Shown here: one piece after another, positions 59,227 through 64,000 of the stretch
How positions within the stretch are numbered: the first letter of the stretch is position 1
How the letters are laid out: every line of letters starts with the position of its first letter
Origin: Gracilinanus agilis
Lineage: Eukaryota
Direction of reading: 5' to 3'
NCBI RefSeq assembly: GCF_016433145.1
Contig: NC_058132.1
Span: forward strand, 87,133,860-87,197,859
DNA: 64,000 nucleotides
Notes under the pieces: model-generated
Seen by the model: only the letters and a program-made list of their open reading frames with translations
Database searches by the model: none
What the model was told of the DNA's origin: nothing
Position numbers and translations under genes: made by a program

Positions 59227-61546
59227 ATTTGTTTGAACAGTTTCAATTAAATCATTCCTGGATTATGCACTTTCTGTGATGCCTATTGTTACTGAAGTTT
59301 AATCATGGAACTCTGATCTTTTAGAGGAATCCGTCTTCCCTAAAAAAAACCAAACCCCAGAACAGAAGTATATGATAATGTTGAAAACGAAGTGAAAATA
59401 TCTGTGTTTGCTTTTTGCAAGTATTTAGGTTGGTGGGCATTGTTTTCTGGGAAGCAGTCAGAAATGCTTGAATGAAAGATCATCATTTGAGATGTTATGA
59501 ATGAATTGCTAGTGTTTAAACTCTTAGCACTTTGGGTTGATAACCTTTAGAATTCACTTGTAGATATGCTTTTTAAATATCAGCCTGCCTAGATGCATCC
59601 ATTCTGCTCCTTTCATTAACTCAAGATGCTTTGTGGTCCCTTTGCAAAAGAAAGTCACAGTATCTTGGGAATCACAGACTCAAAGTTAGGTCTCAATTGC
59701 CTCCTAGATCCAATTAAAAAAAATAAGGGAATCATTTCAGGAATACCTGAAAAGTGGTCATCTGAAATCCCTCTCATAATGTGGGCAATTCTCCACTACC
59801 CAAGACTCATCTTTCTGCTTGTATATATCTAAAATTTTAGAAGGTGTTTCCTGATGCTAAACTTCAAAATGTCAGTATAAGACCTCTAGCCATATTGTAT
59901 GTGCCACTTAGACCAGTTGAGGTCAGGTTTCTCAGATATTGAACTATTAACAATGGATAGAAGGGTAGCTAAGTAGCACAGTAGATAAAGACAGCCAGAC
60001 CTGGAGATGGTGGGAGGACCTTGGTTCAAATGTGGTCTCATTTCTTAGCTTTGTGGTCCTAGACAAATCACTTAACCTAGCCCTTGCTGCTCTTCTGTCA
60101 GAATTGACAGGTTTTTAAAAATTTATATATCCATCTAAAATAACATACACATAATTTTTTTAGTCTAAGAATGAAAACAAAAAAAAATCCCAATGGATTG
60201 AGAATTTCCAAATAACAATCAACTTAATATTTATGAGTAGAGGCTTAGTTTAAAAGGTCAGCATATAATTTGGGGTAATGATTATATAATCTCATCAATT
60301 TCTGTCAGATAAACAACTACCATCAGTTTTACCAAGGACCTAAAAATATTAGAATACAATGGAATTAAAATATGTCCCAACACATTTAGCAAGATGTTAA
60401 TCAAGAAGGTAGCAAAACATTCCTAGTAGAGCTCTTCAGAGAGGCACAAATCTCCCATTGCAAGAGTAAGGAGGGCTTAAATTCCATTCAGACTTCTTAA
60501 CTCCAGCACAGAGAAAGCACACTTATTTTGCCTTCCTCAGAGTGGGATAGAAATGAATGGACATTGAAATCCTCAAGTCTTTGTCAGTCTAAAAATTGTT
60601 GACAGCTCCTATCCCTGTTGTGCTGAGATCATCATTGGTGCCTCAAGAGAACGATAGGATTCAATTCTTGACCATGACCGTGGGGTCATCTTCCCCCTCT
60701 ATCACTTCTGCATCACATTCTTTTAATATTCTGGGGCTGAAGAGGCAGATTTTTCACATAAAGTCTTCATTGAGTTGCAGGTTTGAGTATAGGCCTCTGA
60801 AAAAGAGCATCCAAAAATATTCCTCAAATGAACCAGTGTATAAGCTTTTTTTGAAATGGAATCCACCTAAGTTCTATCTTATGTGGAAGTTGTTCCCCAG
60901 TACCAAATCCTTTTGATTCTTCCAACTAGAATCATTATAAAATGATAATTTCCACTTTCATCTCAATTTTACTATCCCACACACCACAAACTAGCCTTTC
61001 TGGACCAGAAGTCAGCAGAACCTAGAGAAAAACCTCTCCTTGGGTCATTAATTATGTTGCTGTGGGGAAATAAAATAATCTTATTGGAACCCAGTTTCCT
61101 CATCTTTTAAATGGAAACAATATGATCTTTCTTCTTCTTCTTACATCTCTGAGATACAAAGAGGCCTTTGTTATTCCAGAAAAAACCAAAGCCTGAAATA
61201 GTTTTAGACAATTTTATTAGGTCATTTGGCAAAAGAGTGAGCTGGAAAAAGATGTCTTCCCTCCCAGAGGCTGATGTTACATTACATAGAGATCAGAGAA
61301 GAATATAATAACTGACCTGCAATTTCCAGAGGAGGGTGGTTTAAGATGTATATTAGGAAGTTAATACAAACATTTAATCTAATTTGGGGAACCCCAAACA
61401 ACCTTTGGGTGGACTCAAAACAAGACCTGAATGGCCTCCAAACAAGCACTGGGTGGCATCTCAACATAGCCATCCTGCTCCCCTCAGAGCATCTCTGAGG
61501 TTGATTGGTCTGACTTCTAATATACAGTTTTTTGCCACATCATTTT

Positions 61547-61735
61547 TTTTTAATTTTTTTAAACCCTTTACTTCTGTGTATTGACTTATAGGTGGAAGAT
61601 TGGTAAGGGTAGGCAATGGGGGTCAAGTGACTTGCCCAGGGTCACACAGCTGGGAAGTGTCTGAGGCCGGATTTGAACCCAGGACCTCCTGTTCTAGGCC
61701 TGGCTCTCAATCCACTGAGCCACCCAGCTGCCCCC
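61547..61735 (-). mobile_element. Young SINE1_Mdo-type SINE with TSD
   Basis: TSD TTGCCACATCATTTT (61532-61546 and 61736-61750). Many further copies occur, for example at about 16645-16830, 17620-17800, 26340-26540, 28268-28440, 29863-30058, 30076-30233, 31485-31650, 42830-43003 and 43918-44095. Confidence 0.9.
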
Positions 61736-64000
61736 TTGCCACATCATTTTAATCTACGTTCAAACAAATGAGAAACAATCTCCTCCTCCCCCCAAGCCCC
61801 ACTCCCAGAATAATTTCTGTCTTTTGAAAGATTTTTTAAAAGCCTAATAAGAGATCTGGGTTAAGGCCTCCAAGGAAGTTCAAATCTAACTCTGGAGACA
61901 TCCTTGTTACCTATTTTGATTTTTAAATAAAATTCCTTTAAGGGGTAGAGGCCAGATCGATGACAAACTTCCCAAGGTTTCATAGTCAGAGGGATCAATT
62001 TGTATAAGTCTCAGTGGCTCTAAGATAGGCACACTAGAAAACAAGTGTACTATGACAATGAGTATCACACACAAGAAAATCATAAATCCCATACTTCTTA
62101 AAATGTTTTAAAAGTTGAATAAACTTGGTTAAGCAATCATAATCTCATATATCCCTTGAGGGAAACTTTTGTTCAAAGACTAGATACTTAATTTAGATTA
62201 AGTTACATATAGAAGGTTCACAATAGATTGGAAGGAGAGATTTATATACTACCAAGCTAACTAAGAAAACTGTCTCAGGGAAATCCTCCTTTACATAGTT
62301 AGCTAGGGGAAAAGCTAAATCACTTTGGGAATCTTAAACTTGACTTTTACCTAAGAAATGTCAGATAGTTAACATTTTGTAAGTATAATTTTGGTCAGAT
62401 GAGATTAATAGAAACTGAAGAAGGGATTTCAGTTAACCAAAAGTTACCTTTTTTTTTTGGAGGAATCCAAACAAAAAGAATTTGAAGGTATCCCTCACAT
62501 CAAAGCTGAAATAATGTAATGATTATTAATATTGCATAATATCAAATCTCCCCTTTCCTGGTAACCCACTCCTAATACCAAAGTAATAGTACATTTGGTG
62601 TGGGGTTTTTAATTGTCTCAAGTCTGATTTGATCCTTTGGAAATTCTGGAATAGGCTTGTTTTCAGGGCAGCTCTGGAGGAGGCTCTTCCTATTAAAATT
62701 GCCCTTTTTTGAGAAGAGGGCATGAGAAAAGACTTCCTTCTAGTAAAAGGAAATATTTTTTGGAGGGGTTCTTGAAGGAAGCCGGGGAAGCCCAGAGGTG
62801 GAGATAAGGAAGGAGAGAAAGCATTCCAGGTGTGAGGGACAAGTAAAAATTCCTGGAGGAAGGAAATAGAATGTCTTGTTCAAGGAACCAGCATCAGTGG
62901 ACAGGCTGCAGTGTAATGTGTAGTGGGAAGGGATGGAGAATGGAGCATAGGAATAAGAAGGTTAGAAGGAAGTGTGAAGAGTTCAGCTTATGAAGGTCTT
63001 CAAAAGCCAAATGATTTTATATTGATCCTGGAGGCAATAGAGGGCCACAAGAAGAGTGTTGAGGGAGAAGGGGAGTTATATGGTAAGACCTTCAGTTTAG
63101 GAAAAATCTTAAAGAGAAACTGTCACTGTTTCTAGAAGTTCTCATGAAATTTTGAACCTTTAGAAGTGAAATCTGTCATTTCTCTAACAAGAATCTTTCC
63201 TTATAAATCATTAGTGTCAAATTCAACAGAAAGGAATCCCTCTGGGCCACAGACTGACTTAGAAAACCACAAATTAACATCTATGTTGTATATTTTCCAA
63301 CTACATTTTAATCTGGTTCTGGCCACATTTGGGAGTTTTGTAAGAAGCAGGTTTGACACCCAAATAAATAAATAATAAAGAGATTTGAGAGTAGGGGGAA
63401 GGAGTGCCTATAGGCATTAAAAATAAAAATCCACAGCCTATCCTAGAATTATTAAAAGAAACTACCCCAGACTTCTGAAAGTCTGTACCTTCTCTCTGCA
63501 GCATCATTTTTTGAGTAGCTGGGAGCCAAAATGCTTATAGAACTGGGGAGTGGGGAGTTCATACCTCCTGGAGGTAAGACCCTGCACCGTCTGAGATATG
63601 ATTTTGTCTTTCTATCCATGACACTTGACTTAGGCCCTCATGAAAGTTAGAGATTCTGAGAGGCAGACAAGAGGAGGAAGGACATTTTAAGCCACTGTCA
63701 ACTTGTACTAAAGCAAAGAAGATGGAGAAAGGATGCCTGAAAAGTCAAGTTTAACTAGACTGTAGGGTGGGTGATAGTTCTAGGAAATAAGCCTGGAAAG
63801 TTAGGCTTGAGCTATATGGCAGAGAGCCTCTGACTCGAGGCTTAATATTCTCTCAAAGTCCAGTGACAAGACTCTGGAAGAGAGAGCGAGCAATTCTTCC
63901 CTGAAATCCAGTTCGCAGGCAAGTCAAGATATCACCCTGTCATGTCATTGGTCCTCTTCAAAAACAAAGGTTTAACAACGACAATCTTCTCTCATTCCAT

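Noticed and set aside
62100-62700. Promoter of a further OR gene beyond the window
   Set aside because: A few O/E-like and TAATGA motifs are present, but there is no linked coding exon in the window; such motifs are too common to support a call.

Overview
Marsupial genomic DNA, most likely a didelphid opossum (Monodelphis-like), judged from SINE1_Mdo-type CORE-SINEs, opossum-type L1 3' ends, RTE-related SINEs and hAT MITEs; I could not check the species. The left part is a class I olfactory receptor cluster with a 5'-partial OR52N5-like gene (1-442, minus) and an intact OR52N2-like gene (8204-9169, minus). The rest holds an old tandem duplication (period about 25.3 kb) carrying two intact plus-strand RING/B-box2/coiled-coil/PRY-SPRY TRIM genes of 462 aa and 467 aa. 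Each has one inferred non-coding first exon and six coding exons (414, 78, 228, 23, 98 and 548 or 563 nt). Their sequence and exon pattern fit the TRIM43/49/64/77 clade better than TRIM5/6/22/34. The most notable signals: (1) a ~1 kb promoter/exon-1 block is almost identical in the two otherwise diverged paralogs; (2) that promoter has a TATA box and a DUX-like TGATnnnATCA motif; (3) the SPRY v1 loop is hypervariable next to apparently homogenised SPRY sequence; (4) both coiled coils are one heptad shorter than canonical; (5) both 3' ends keep a palindromic, two-way poly(A) signal; (6) exonic CpG content is strongly asymmetric between the paralogs; (7) two CTCF-motif MITEs bracket the OR52N2-like gene. 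A decayed C2H2 zinc-finger exon lies between the TRIM units. A 181-nt N gap (47572-47752) sits about 300 bp upstream of the second promoter copy and is a caveat.
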